This document shows positions 52,310 to 64,000 of a stretch of 64,000 nt of DNA, in pieces (positions within the stretch are counted from its first letter, which is position 1; every line of letters starts with the position of its first letter). The notes under the pieces were generated by a model that did not search any database, was not told where the DNA came from, and worked only from the letters and a program-made list of their open reading frames with translations. A program made the translations under genes and the position numbers. The DNA is from Callorhinchus milii (lineage: Eukaryota): assembly GCF_018977255.1 (NCBI RefSeq), contig NW_024704742.1, forward strand, positions 43,774,001-43,838,000, in the 5' to 3' direction.

Positions 52310-52910
52310 ATCTAGGTCAACATGATCCAACAAGCTGCCCGGTGGATCATTTAATCCAGCCAGAGACCATTTCCAACTTCAGATCGCCCGCTCCCTCCCT
52401 CTGTCCTCTCATGGCAGCACAGGAATAGGCGGTCAGGAGGATGCAGCGCGGCGAGTGGGAATATTACAAGCCTTTACTGCAGTGTGTCAGGAAGTCACTC
52501 CCAAGCTGAGGGAGGGTCTTCCTGACAGGTAAACTGGTCTCCTTATCCGCCGCCTCCTTACCAACCACTGTCTCCAGCCGCCACAGATAGTGAGAAGTGC
52601 GTTTGAATGTAATTAAGAGAAGGAGAGAGTGTGTGAGAGAAAGGCGAAAGGTGGGGGAAGATAACTGGCTGCGCTTTCAGCCATCTTTCCCACTCTTCAT
52701 CCCACCTCCTGCCTCGGCTCCCACCCCCAGTTCAAGTGCCCAGCTGGCAGTGTCGTGCGCTTTGAGATGTCCTTCTGACATGAAAAAGACGCTATCTAAA
52801 TATTGTTATGTTTCTGGAAGGGAGACACAAAAATATTGCTTATGCGGCCCACGAATCTTTGTCTAGAAGGGCATCTGGCCCTCAGCATCCAAAAGGTTGG
52901 ACCAATCTGG
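52310..52910 (+). mobile_element. Degenerate hAT (Charlie/Buster-like) non-autonomous element
   Basis: Ends resemble those at 55205-56210; tgcggccc...aaaaggttggac subterminal pattern. Confidence 0.5.
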
Positions 52911-53876
52911 TCTGGGTGATTGTTAGTCAGGACACTGAGAGAAGCTGCCCTTTCTTTCCAATAAATATTTTGGGAATTTCTTTGTGTAGGTGGAACACAT
53001 ACAAAACTCTCAGTCTTAGTTTGGAGATACTCTTAAGCAAAGTGATGGGTTTCGTACATTTCAGACACCCGGCTGCCCCCATCCCCCCCACCCCCCACCA
53101 AATAAACAAACATTTTTTCTATCTAGGGTTTGTTGACCAGGATACTGAGAGAAACTGCCTTTTCTTTTTGACTCGTGCCTTTGGAACTTTTTAAAGTCCG
53201 TCTGAACAGACACCAAAGACCTTTGTTTGACGTACCATTTTAGTCAGCTGAGTGTCTGAGATATGCTTAAGAGTATCCAAACTGGACTAAGAGTTCCACA
53301 TCTGTAAGCATAAGGAAATTTCCGTATGTCTGGAATGCATTGTGCGCACTACCTGGAGGATCGCACCCTCCTTAGTTAATGCTGGAGAATATTAGGCACG
53401 AGTTGGCTAGAGCCACGCTCGTGCCATTGAGAACACTGTCTGGCAAGCGTCCTGTTTGACTTGGTAAAGCCACCTACCCCATATACACATTCCAACAGGA
53501 AGAATCCTTTCTCACAGTGGCTGGTCAACCTATCCCTGTAAGTCCTGGTGATGAGCCAGGCTGACTGGTCTGTCCTCACCAGTGCTCTGGAGTACTATGG
53601 ACCTGCTTGGCTCGGGAACTGTATCATCTTTACTTCTATCGCGCTATCCCAACACTGCATTAGAGTGTCAGCCTCAAATACTGAGCAGTGCCATCCCAGT
53701 CAGTGGAGTCTGAGTTTCCTTTCGCCTTTTGCTTTCAGGTTACTCCTCTTTTAAAGTGTGGTGTATGAACATCCAATAGGAATAATAATCCTTGCATTTT
53801 ATGTCTTCGAGATGTCTCAAAGCGCTTCACAGAATATACTGTAAAGTGAATTTACAATTTACAATTGCGTACAGCC

Positions 53877-54211
53877 TGTTGATACTCACTCTCTTGGCTA
53901 TGTTGATACTCACTCTCTAGGCTATGTTGATACTCACTCTCTAGGCTATGTTGATACTCACTCTCTAGGCTATGTTGATACTCACTCTCTAGGCTATGTT
54001 GATACTCACTCTCTAGGCTATGTTGATGCTCACTCTCAAGGCTATGTTGATACTCACTCTCTAGGCTATGTTGATACTCACTCTCTAGGCTATGTTGATG
54101 CTCACTCTCTAGGCTATGTTGATGCTCACTCTCTAGGCTATGTTGATGCTCACTCTCTAGGCTATGTTGATGCTCACTCTCTAGGCTATGTTGATGCTCA
54201 CTCTCTAGGCT
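53877..54211. repeat. Minisatellite, 24-bp unit x 14 (tgttgat[a/g]ctcactctctaggcta)
   Basis: Head-to-tail units with no spacers. Confidence 0.97.
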
Positions 54212-54812
54212 CTGCATCCGTTGCTGAATGAGAATGCTGAATCATTTACTTCATGGCTATTTGTGAGATGATGCTATGCACAAAGTGGTTGCTGCGTTTG
54301 CCAAATACAAAATCACTACACTTAATCATGTCAACCTGCCCGCTCCCTCCACTCAGCAGGCTCCATCCTGCCTCAACATTGGCGGTTAGGCCTTCAGCCT
54401 CTCTGCCTTCACCCACTGGAACTCCATCCCACATTCCCTTTGCCTCACTCCCTCCCTTGCCTCCTTCAAGGCACGTCTCAAGACCCTCCTCTTCAACCTC
54501 GCCTTTGGCCACCCTCCTATCCCTAAACTCCCTGCCTTCCACCCTTCTTGATCTTAACCACCAGCTTGAGTCCAAATCCCTCACAATCCAGCGCCTTGGG
54601 ACATCCTCCCGACGTGAAAGACGCTATACAAATGTAATCTGTTGTTAATTTGTTAACAGTAATTCCCTGAAAAATGCTTTGGGAAGTTACAGTGCAGTAT
54701 GCCAAATGCAAGGATGTTTATTAGTATTTGCTTTCCAAGTTGGTACTAATGTCCACCTCACGAAATTAAGATAAAGCTCTAGAGTTACTGTTCGCCTCTG
54801 TTTCTGTTCCAG

Positions 54813-54931
54813 GTCCAGCTTTGCTATTTGCAAAGGTTAAACGCAAAGAAGAACAGGTCAGGAGGTTTTATGCCTGTGCAGCCTGCAGAGACAGAAAGGA
54901 CTGCAATTTTTTCCAGTGGGAAGATGAAAAG
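54813..54931 (+). CDS. ZCCHC4: ZCCHC4 exon ((G)[39 protein letters not shown])
   Basis: ttccag acceptor and AAG/gtagca donor; GRF zinc finger [20 protein letters not shown]. Confidence 0.96.
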
Positions 54932-55204
54932 GTAGCAAAGGACAATCTATTAACTGTACCTATGTTTTAGAACAGCATTTTTCTGATTAATGTAGAGGTT
55001 GTTTTTATTTTCATTAACGTATTGCTGATTTTATAAAAGAAAGTACAGTGGGAATGGTGGTGAATAGTGTATTTTGGAGGACTACCATGCCTCAAGAAAT
55101 GTAGGATGTGAGTTGGTTCCTCTGGTTTCCCCACACAGTATCGTTAGCTTGGCTCAGTTAGTATCACTCTCACCTCTTGAAGTCAGGAGGTTGTGGGTTC
55201 AAAG

Positions 55205-56210
55205 CCTCATGCCAGGAAGCTGCAAGTAGCCCGATGGATAATTTTGTCCGGCTGTAAACCATTTTTTCCGACTTCACTGTTTTATCTACGCAAACTCCCT
55301 GCTTGTAGGCCGACACAAATCCTCCCTTCACAGGTTTCAGATCATGCAGATCTCTTCAGGCCGTGTCCTCTGCGGGACCCTAGCACCCCCATCCTCGCTG
55401 ACTCCACTGGCTCCCCATCACTCAAGAGAATACAGTTCAAGATCCTGGTCCTCACCTTCAAAGCTGTTCAAGGCTTTGCTCTCCCCTACCTCTGTGACTT
55501 CCTAACCCCTCACCAACTTACCCTATCCTCCCGCCCTCCACCCCTCCTGATCCCAACCACCAGTTCGGGTGTGGATCCCTGACTGTCCAGCGCATTGGGA
55601 CGTCCTCCTGACGTGAAAGGAGCTGTATACATTTATTTGTTGTTTATCTCCCCACTGCAGTCAGTCTCCATTAGGCAGGTCATTGAATGACAGGAAGAGA
55701 TGCGGAGCAGGAAATATCCATCCCCGTCCCTCCCTGTCACATTACGCACTGCCTCGTGCTACCTGGTGAGACACAGTGAGCAGCAGCAGGAGTACTTTGC
55801 AATTCTAAATTTACACAACTATGAGTCTCAGTAGGACGCGAAGTAGATCTGGAAAATAGGGAATTTCAGTGCAAGTGGGAAATGAATTATTTGTTTATTG
55901 AAAGTAATGGAAAACCTCAGTGTACTGTTTGCTAGCAAGCCATATTGTGTTGAAGAAATTCAGAGTTCTCAATTATGGATTAATCTGTTTTTGTTTAGCA
56001 TTCTCTGTAGGGGCCTCCATATGCGGAGTTGATATCTAGTGTTTTGACCTTAATACGTTTAAAACAATCATATTTTTCCATTTGAGCTGATCATCATTAA
56101 GTAATACAGTCACACAATTTAAAACATAGGATTTCTGTGTGATTCTTTTATGTTTCTGGAAGGGAAAAACAAAAATGTTACTTATGCGGTCTGCAGACAT
56201 TTCTCAAATG
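55205..56210 (+). mobile_element. Degenerate hAT (Charlie/Buster-like) element with transposase N-terminal remnant, interrupted by an L2 fragment
   Basis: 55821-55960 reads MSLSR..VDLENREFQCKWEMNYLFIESNGKPQCTVC*, resembling the BED-finger start of Charlie/Buster transposases. Confidence 0.65.
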
Positions 56211-57601
56211 TGCCCTCCGGCACTCCAGAGCAATGCTGGGGGAGTTCTGCAATGTTGGAGGTACTGTCCATCGAGTGAGACCTTAAACTAAGATCCTGTT
56301 TGCCTGTTCAGGATGCTAAAGTTCCTCTTGTCACTTTTCAAAAAGAGCTTCAATGGCTCTGGGAGCCATCGGGGTAGACCTTGGGCAGAAGATGCCGTGC
56401 CCCTTGGACTATCAGCCTTCAGGCCTAGGGACTGCCGTCATCTCTTACTTCTGGGCTCCCCCCGGTTCACGACCATATGTTGTACTGTTAGAAATAAAGG
56501 CAAAAGTGGCGTTCCCTGTGAGGGGCACGAATAGCCCCCACAGCAGATGGTGCTGTTACGCTGGACAAAACCCTCACCACCATTGGTTAGTAGGTCAACA
56601 TCGCCATCTCTTGGATGAAAAACAGTGTTGCATCAAAAAGGGGGTTGGATTTTGGACTGAAGAAAGTCTTTGAGGGATGACTCAACGACAGTAAATTTAA
56701 CGAGTTTGGATGACGAGGGAGTCAGCGTGTTTCAACTCTCTGCTGGCCACGGTAAGATGACACTGGAAATCAAATCCATTGTCTATTTCTGCAATCAATG
56801 TGCAAACAAAATATGCTCTGGCACTGTATAAATGTAGATTGTATTGTAAAAGGTATTGAGCTCTACATATGAATGTGAACAGAGAACAATTTCGGAGTCC
56901 TTAAAATTGTAATTACCAATAAATAAGAAACATTTGGGGAGGAGTCTGTTTGTGAATATGCATTCATATGTGTGTGTATGTGTGTGAGAGAGAGTATCTG
57001 TGTGTACAAGAGATTTGCCAGATTGTCTGGCCTTTTAATCTCAGCCACAAAGTATTTGGTCTCCCTCTATCTATTCTCCCCACCCCACCCCGCAATGCCT
57101 CCCACTGATGGTGCAGCTGAGATTAGCAGTTTTGCACATTGGAGATCAGGATATGAGCCAGGATTCTTTTGCACCATGGCAGGTGGGTTGCCTCATTACT
57201 GTGCTGTCCACGTCACTAGCCCGTCTGGAACCTTCATGCCAGCATCTGAAACGGCTCTGCCTCTCTTGGATTAGATGGGCAGAATGAAGCCTGTGTTCTG
57301 CCTAATCTATATTGTCAGTACAGCAGAGGTTAGAATGATCTAACAAGAGTTTCCGTGCTGGATTTCACTCAGTCAGTTGAAGTGACGAGGTGATTGTAGT
57401 GCGTTAATTCGATCTTTGTTCACTGACCCTCACAAACCCTCACAGCTTTTGAAGTTTAAAGTGTTTTCGAAGATGGCAGGTCCTTCACATAGGTTAATGA
57501 TCACTAGCCTGAACATACTGCTTGTTCTTTTAAGTATGTCCTGCCGATGAATAATTGCCAGTCTGGTGTCTACATTCACACTTCACCTCCTTAACTTTTA
57601 G

Positions 57602-57684
57602 GTATCAGAGACCCGGCTACAAGCCAGAGAAGAAATTAACCGAAGTCGGCAACCACCGTTCACACACACCGAATATGTGGAGAG
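57602..57684 (+). CDS. ZCCHC4: ZCCHC4 exon (VSETRLQAREEINRSRQPPFTHTEYVER)
   Basis: ttttag acceptor and AG/gtaata donor; phase 0/2 compatible with neighbours. Confidence 0.92.
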
Positions 57685-59304
57685 GTAATAAAGCTGTAAC
57701 TTGAGCCAGATGTTTACAGGAGAGCAGATGCTTCACTGTTAGATTTAATAATAAAAAAGGCAAAAAAAAAAATCCTGTACCCTTGAGAGTGAAGGAGATC
57801 AGGAATTTAACTGGGTGTAAAGAAGAGAAAATTGAAGGTGGAACATTGGCATTGCAGGAAGCATCACTAGTTCGATGTGAATTTCTGAGAGTGGGTTCTC
57901 ACAGAGCAGGTTGCCAATCTTGCCGATGATATTTAAAGGCTTTCGTAGTTGCTGTGTCCTGTTATCAGAGGCTTGCACACAATGTGGAATCTCTTTCCAG
58001 AAATCAATATTTGATGGGAGATGAAATATTAATGTGTATGGAGAAAATGACTAATCCTTGACTTTTGATATTGCGTCTTATCATGTTGTCAAAATATCTC
58101 GCAACATTTCACAGGATTGCCTATGGACGGTATTGACTGTATTTTTTAAGCGAATATGGCAGGTAGTTTTCCTCACAGCAATACCCCACCTGCAGACATG
58201 AACACACTGTGGTTTCTCTTCAGATCATATAAATCTTGACGTGAATGACAATTTTCATCTTGCAGATTGTTAACTAACAAAGATGCATAGTTTATTGTCA
58301 AACTGGAACAGATGGGGAGATGGTATTAAACGATCTGCTCTGAAGTGACAAAAAGGCACAAGATCAATGGATTGAATGACCTCTGCCAGTTAATATGTTC
58401 CTAAAGATGTGTGCTTCACATGAGCAGCCAGAAGAACATTCATAGGATCTATTGCGTGAGCACATGCAGTTGGAGAATAAAAGGTGTCTCCATCTTTGGG
58501 ATCTTACATACTCCAATTGCATATATATAGCCCATAAAATAGAGTCAATACACTTAACAGTATATTCTGTCAATAGCTTTGAGACACCTTGAAGACGTGA
58601 TGAGGTGGTAAATCAAATGCAAGGATTATTATTATATTTTTATATATATACAGTTGGTAGATATCTCCTCTCTAATAAAGTCAGATGATATTTGAGTCAG
58701 AAGTTCTATGTCTGGACTTCAAACTCAGTCTAAGCTGCCACATTAGGATAATGGCTAATAATAGTATAACAATGCAAGGGAATGCTGCATTGTAAAAGGT
58801 GCCGTCCTTCGCATAAGACATTAAACCATGGTCCCATCTGCCTATTCAGGTGGACGTTAGAGATCCATGGTTCAATTTGAAAAGAGAAGGGAGTTTCTAG
58901 TAAAGTAGCCATAGAGTACGTATATTTGTTATATTAGGGTTGAAAATGTGTCTATGAGGAAAATAAAGATGGAATAATGCTTCAACATCAAAAAAAGTTT
59001 GACTGGATGTTAAATTCGACTACAAGTCGGTGCCGCCACCTCCAATTGAGACTTGAGTGTTCTCTGCAGGAGTTGCACATTACGTCCAGGGGTGTGTTTT
59101 TCCACTCTTTTTATCAACAACATTTGAACCTTATTCCTTGAATAAGATTGGACTTTTTCTTTTTGAAATACCGTCACGCTGGTTAAGATTTTCCAAACGC
59201 TCGTCGTTTTTTTAAGAGTTGCCTTGAAATTGGTAAAAATATGAGGATGTCATTGTTGGAAAATGAAAGATTTATTTGGATGGTTACATTTTTTTTTAAA
59301 AAAG

Positions 59305-59580
59305 GTATCAGAGCTTCGTGGCTTTACCCCTGGCAAAGAGAAAGTTTTGTGCAGACTGTCAGCTCTTGCTGCTTCCTGAAGAATGGGGTCCACACAGCGC
59401 CCACTGCCTGCTCAGTGACGTCTCACTCGCTCAATTGAAAAGACCAAGCCGCCTCCTGCTTCCGCTCGAGAACAAAAAGACCAACGCTCAGTACCTGTTT
59501 GCTGACCGCACTTGCCAGTTCCTGTTAGATATAATTATTTCACTCGGATTTCGTAGAGTGCTCTGTGTCGGGACTCCACG
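59305..59580 (+). CDS. ZCCHC4: ZCCHC4 exon ([49 protein letters not shown])
   Basis: aag acceptor after a T tract and CG/gtatgt donor; C2H2 finger and start of the methyltransferase domain. Confidence 0.97.
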
Positions 59581-60789
59581 GTATGTTCATCCATAAAATG
59601 TCGGTGTTAATGAAGCTTTTCTGACTTCCTACATCCCCAGAGTAATGCCTCGCTGCAGTGCACTGTACCCAGTCAATCTGCTGACTGATACCTGACCAGC
59701 TCTAAGCTTTGCATTTCATGAGCTATTAACCTAATTTGTACATTCAATTGAACTTCGCAGCTGCTAGGGATTCATTCTAGGGACATAAATCTAATGAAGT
59801 TCAGTAAAGACTTCTGTATTTTTGTTAAAGAGGCATTTTGTGTCTGTGTGAAAAAGCCCATCCCACTTACTCTAATGCAGTTACTGTTATGTAGGTTGAG
59901 TAGAGATGGGTAAATGCTCTCTGATGCTTATAATGCAGAAGCACTTTAATCGAAGCAGCCCAACAACACCCAAGACTATCGCAGAATTCACCCCGATTAC
60001 ACCACAGGGCATTTGCAGCAGTGGAGGCAACAGAAAACAAGTACACATGTGCCATTTCACGTACATGTAACGTAGAGAAGTTAGGAATCACTAGTTCATA
60101 TTTTTAGCTATCAGCACTGCCTAATTTCCAAGGGCACAAAGGAGCACCTATTGAAAAAAACATATTGCTGACCTACATGCACAGGCTGAGGGCCAAAGGC
60201 AAAATGAGGGCCAACAATTGCTTTTGAATTGCTTCCTCTGATGCCAAGTAATAATAATAATAATAATACTTGCATTTGATTGCAATTTATCACATTGAAA
60301 TAATAATAATCCTTGTAATTCTCACCCCTGAGTCAGGAGGTTGTGAGTGTAAGACTCAGGTCTTGCAACCCATGTAGTCTGCTGACATTTGAATGCAGAG
60401 CTGGTTGTGTGCTATATTGTCGGAGGTTACATACTTTGGATGAGACGTTAAACAAAGGTTCCATCTGTCCATCTTTCGAAAAGAGAAGGGAGTTTATCTC
60501 GTTGTTCTGGCCAGCAATTCTTCCCAATTAAAATTGGTCCCTCACTCCATGGCTGTTTGTGGGATATTGTTATGCACAAATTGGTTCCTTCTACATTTGC
60601 CCACAAAATAAACATAGTTTTATCACTTGACAGTATATTCTATGAAGCCCTTTGAGAGGTCTCAATAGTGTGACATAACACTATATCAAATAAAGGGATT
60701 ATTATAAATGTTCACTGATAGAATGTAGTAAAATATTGGATGTACTGTATGTTGCAAAATTAACAAGAGTGTTTTGAATGAACTTTCAG

Positions 60790-60870
60790 ACTTCATGAGT
60801 TTATCCAAATGAGACAGTCTGAAAAGAAGGAACCAGTTATGAGGAGTCAATTGCTGGATATTGATTTCAG
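60790..60870 (+). CDS. ZCCHC4: ZCCHC4 exon ((R)LHEFIQMRQSEKKEPVMRSQLLDIDFR); gene continues beyond the window
   Basis: tttcag acceptor and AG/gtaaag donor; LHE...LLDIDFR motif. Confidence 0.95.
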
Positions 60871-62826
60871 GTAAAGTAATTTTTACTTGTGAATGTTTGA
60901 GTTAATTATTAAGTATAATCAAGATCAGGATTGTCTAAGCTTGGGAAAAAAAGAGGTGACCTCTTTGTCACCCAAGGGTATGCTTTGAAAATTGGGCAAC
61001 TATGTTTTGTTATATAAGTGGGTTGTTCTGTAAATTATAATCCTTATCTGTTTTGCATAAAATCAAAACCGATTTACCTGGCATATGTATGAATACAAAC
61101 ATTTCAGCCGTTATTGTTTATCTCAACAAATAGTAAACAATCAGGAAGTTATATCTTTATATGTATATAGATACACAGCATCTATAGTCTGAATGTTCAA
61201 ACTGATATTTAATGATGCTCAGCATATGAAGGAAGCCATATGAATGGTGCAGAAACAAAAACAGAAAATGTTAGAAATCCAAAGCATATTACTGTATTAG
61301 GCTATGAGGGTGATGATTTATTTTTGCTTCAGAGACTGACTCCAGCTACAGGCTGACCCTGTTGTGATCTCAGACTCGTGTTGCAACAGGCACAATTAAA
61401 TATAGCAGCTGCTTAGTGTTTCCTTATTTTCAGGACACTGCTGTAACCACTTGTTGTGTACTGCACATGTGTGCTATGTGCAGGAAGCTGGTTCGTCAGT
61501 GCTCAGAGACAGAAGTGCAATATCGTATGGCTTTTCTGTATTTTGAAGTAATAATACAGATTGATGTTACTGGTCTGAGAGAGCAATGTTTACATGGCTT
61601 TAGAATGCCCCTTGTCTTGCAATGTATACAAGTGTTTTACCAGGCGGAGAGCTTTCTTTATGGATTGTAAAAGTGGGCCATCTTAGAGTTAAATACATTA
61701 ACGTTTTTGTACCTACAACAACAAATTACAGTTATACTGCCTTTCACATCGGGAGAACATCCTGAGGTGCTGGACAGTGAAGGAGTTTCACCTGAGCTGG
61801 GGGTTGGATTCAAGAGAGGTGGGAGCCAACATTAAATGTAAAACAGCCCTCAGAATCCCCCTCTGTCATCTTTATACTTATCATTTTGGTGAAAAATCAT
61901 TTCTTAAATTAGAGGCTATTCAATTACAACTATAAATCAAACCTAATGCACTACTCAGTAACTTGTACTTAAGTGTGCTCCGAAGGTTTTATTGGGAAAA
62001 AATACTGACTGAAGTACTGTATGGCTACTGTGTGGGTACCTGTTAGAATGTTAAAATCGAGTTTCATTGTTATTGCATTGACATTTCAATATTTCCCAGG
62101 TTGGTGAAGCTCTATTTTAAGTTGGGATATGGTCCTCGTCAATTCTCAATAGATAAGCATTAGTACATTTAATAGAAACTGATCTGCCCTCTGAATAGGA
62201 CTGAAGCATTAATTGATCTACATGATCAATCACTGTTTTACATGCATTAAGCCAAACTCATGACTTATCTTTTTGACTGAGCTTTTGCTCCTCTTTCCCC
62301 TCCCCACACTCTTTAGCTCCCAACCCCCAGCCTGGGTCCCCAGACAACAGCATAAAGTGCTTTGAGATGTCCTCCCTACATGAAAGTCTACATAAATGCA
62401 TAGTGTATATCAATGCTTATAGAAACTGTCCAGCTCCGAAAATACATTCATGGAGCGTTTTTAAAGCATTCCAGACTTAATATATCCATTTCATTTAAAT
62501 TAATATTTTCCTCCATTTATTGTTCCCCATCCTGTGGGAGGAACTATAGGAAATCATAAGACGTTTACCACACAGACCATTTGGCCTTTTGTGCCGTGCT
62601 GGTGCAGCTCTCCCTTTGTGGCCATCTGTTCTCATCCTCTTTATTTCCTTGTGTATTTATCCATTTCCCTTTTAAATGTTGTCGTGCACTCAGAGTCAAT
62701 AACTATTTGAGTGAGTTTACCATTCCACAGCTGCAACAACTTGAACTCATATGGCACTTTTCACATAGGATAATGTCTCGTAGTGCTTTATAAACGATTC
62801 TGATTTCTAACAGCCCTCTGTATAAT

Positions 62827-63506
62827 CTAACATTGCCTTGCTGGATGGCCCAGGAAAACTGGCGAACCTGTCTCTTTGTGGGGGAACAAATCTGTTCCCA
62901 ATGGGGCATAGAATAACTCATGAGAATGTCCAGTAGCGCTGTTTTCTAAGTATCCAGTTTGCATATTTATTAGCTTTGAATGAGCAGCACTGGGACGTAA
63001 TGGAAAGAGACGAAAGGCTGGATAGATTGGCTCAGTAAAATGGTGATGCATTCTGTTGAAAAGACTTGATGTGATGTTGGAAAATTCCTGTGTCAGATTC
63101 ATGTGATCAGCATTGTAGAACATGACAAGCCCCGTCTCGTAGTCAACGCACAGCCCAACCCTTTCTACCTGTGAGGATTTCATTTTGCAGTTAATATTGC
63201 TATCGTTGTGCCAGGCTAAGAGATGGTTATACTTGAATTCAGTGCACCATGACTGCCTGTTTCTCCCAAGTTTTGTGGATTTGTGGTTCCCTTTCCACTC
63301 TATAGACTCAAATGCAATTCCAATAGCCCACTGTGTAGAAGCTTTTACATCATCCTCCCAGTCATGCTTTCCTCTCATCAAAGCTTTGTCGCAGAGGATT
63401 CTTGGGAACGTTAGTTAATTCATTTGTTGCAACATGCTGGTTTGATCCTTGGAAATTAGCACGTTTTTGTGTGCTGATGCCACAGTGAGGGAGACCAATG
63501 AGTGTT
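62827..63506 (-). pseudogene. B30.2 (PRY-SPRY) terminal exon of a TRIM/butyrophilin-type gene, nested antisense in ZCCHC4 intron 5
   Basis: tttttctctcttag acceptor. SAHKNVLISKD (PRY), GKHDWEDDV, WAIGIA, KLGRNRQSWC, RVGLCVDYETGLVMFYNA and FTEPIYPAF (SPRY). In-frame TAA at 63417-63415. Confidence 0.88.
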
Positions 63507-64000
63507 CTAAGAGAGAAAAACATAAAAAACTTATCACACTCGTAAAGAATGGAAAGATTGATACGTTGTTGAATGTCTTCTATTTTGCACGACATTGCAA
63601 TTCACAGTGAGAGGGTGTAACATCACGTTCAGGAGAGGTACAGATGGAAATATAGCTTTCACAGTATCTGATACAACACAGTTGAGCTATGGTAGTATTT
63701 AGTACTGACTTTGTAAGGTACATTAACTCAACAACAGCTACTTACCTAATGTCTTTTATTTAAAAGAATGTCTCAAAGAACTTAACAAAGTGAGAACTGA
63801 AATGAATGTTCAGTAGGCAAACGCGGCAGACAATCTGTGCTTACAACACACCCAGACAACAAGATTGATGAGCAGCAAATTAATGATTTTAGAGGTGAAT
63901 TTTTACCATGTGTTCTGTTTCTAGATATCTGTTATTAATAGATAAACCACATAAACTCCTTCAGAGTAACATAATATAAGATTCCAGCTAGGAGCAGATG

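Noticed and set aside
53852..54217. SLESE(H/Y)QH repeat ORF or CRISPR-like array
   Set aside because: Pure tandem 24-mer without spacers in a vertebrate intron. The frame is open only because the unit length is a multiple of 3.
63746..63796. Possible upstream exon of the B30.2 gene (minus strand, gtaagt donor)
   Set aside because: Contains a stop in the required frame and resembles a decayed SINE tail.

Overview
Eukaryotic, intron-rich vertebrate DNA. The repeat content (L2-clade LINEs with (TTG)n tails, tRNA-headed Deu-domain SINEs, CR1) suggests a cartilaginous fish, possibly a chimaera; this is an inference. The window spans the conserved PI4K2B-ZCCHC4 neighbourhood. It holds the last six coding exons of PI4K2B (+, 1747-15752, one GC-AG intron) and the first five coding exons of ZCCHC4 (+, 47243-60870). 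Between them are two genes the ORF track shows poorly. The first is a six-exon type II transmembrane serine protease (-, 30260-24670) with a minimal stem (TM plus a half-LDLa-like module) and a frameshift in its last exon. The second is a decayed, non-rearranging Ig-superfamily receptor (+, 43146-45644): leader, germline-joined VJ domain, short Ig-C-like exon, TM exon and a cytoplasmic exon with a Tyr-to-Cys-damaged ITIM-like motif. Its 3' half is duplicated at 36982-39270 next to a 25-N gap. A B30.2/PRY-SPRY pseudo-exon is nested antisense in ZCCHC4 intron 5. The remainder is L2, CR1, SINE, Helitron and hAT remnants and tandem repeats. Exon boundaries were read by hand from splice signals and phase; repeat boundaries are approximate. 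No database searches were run.
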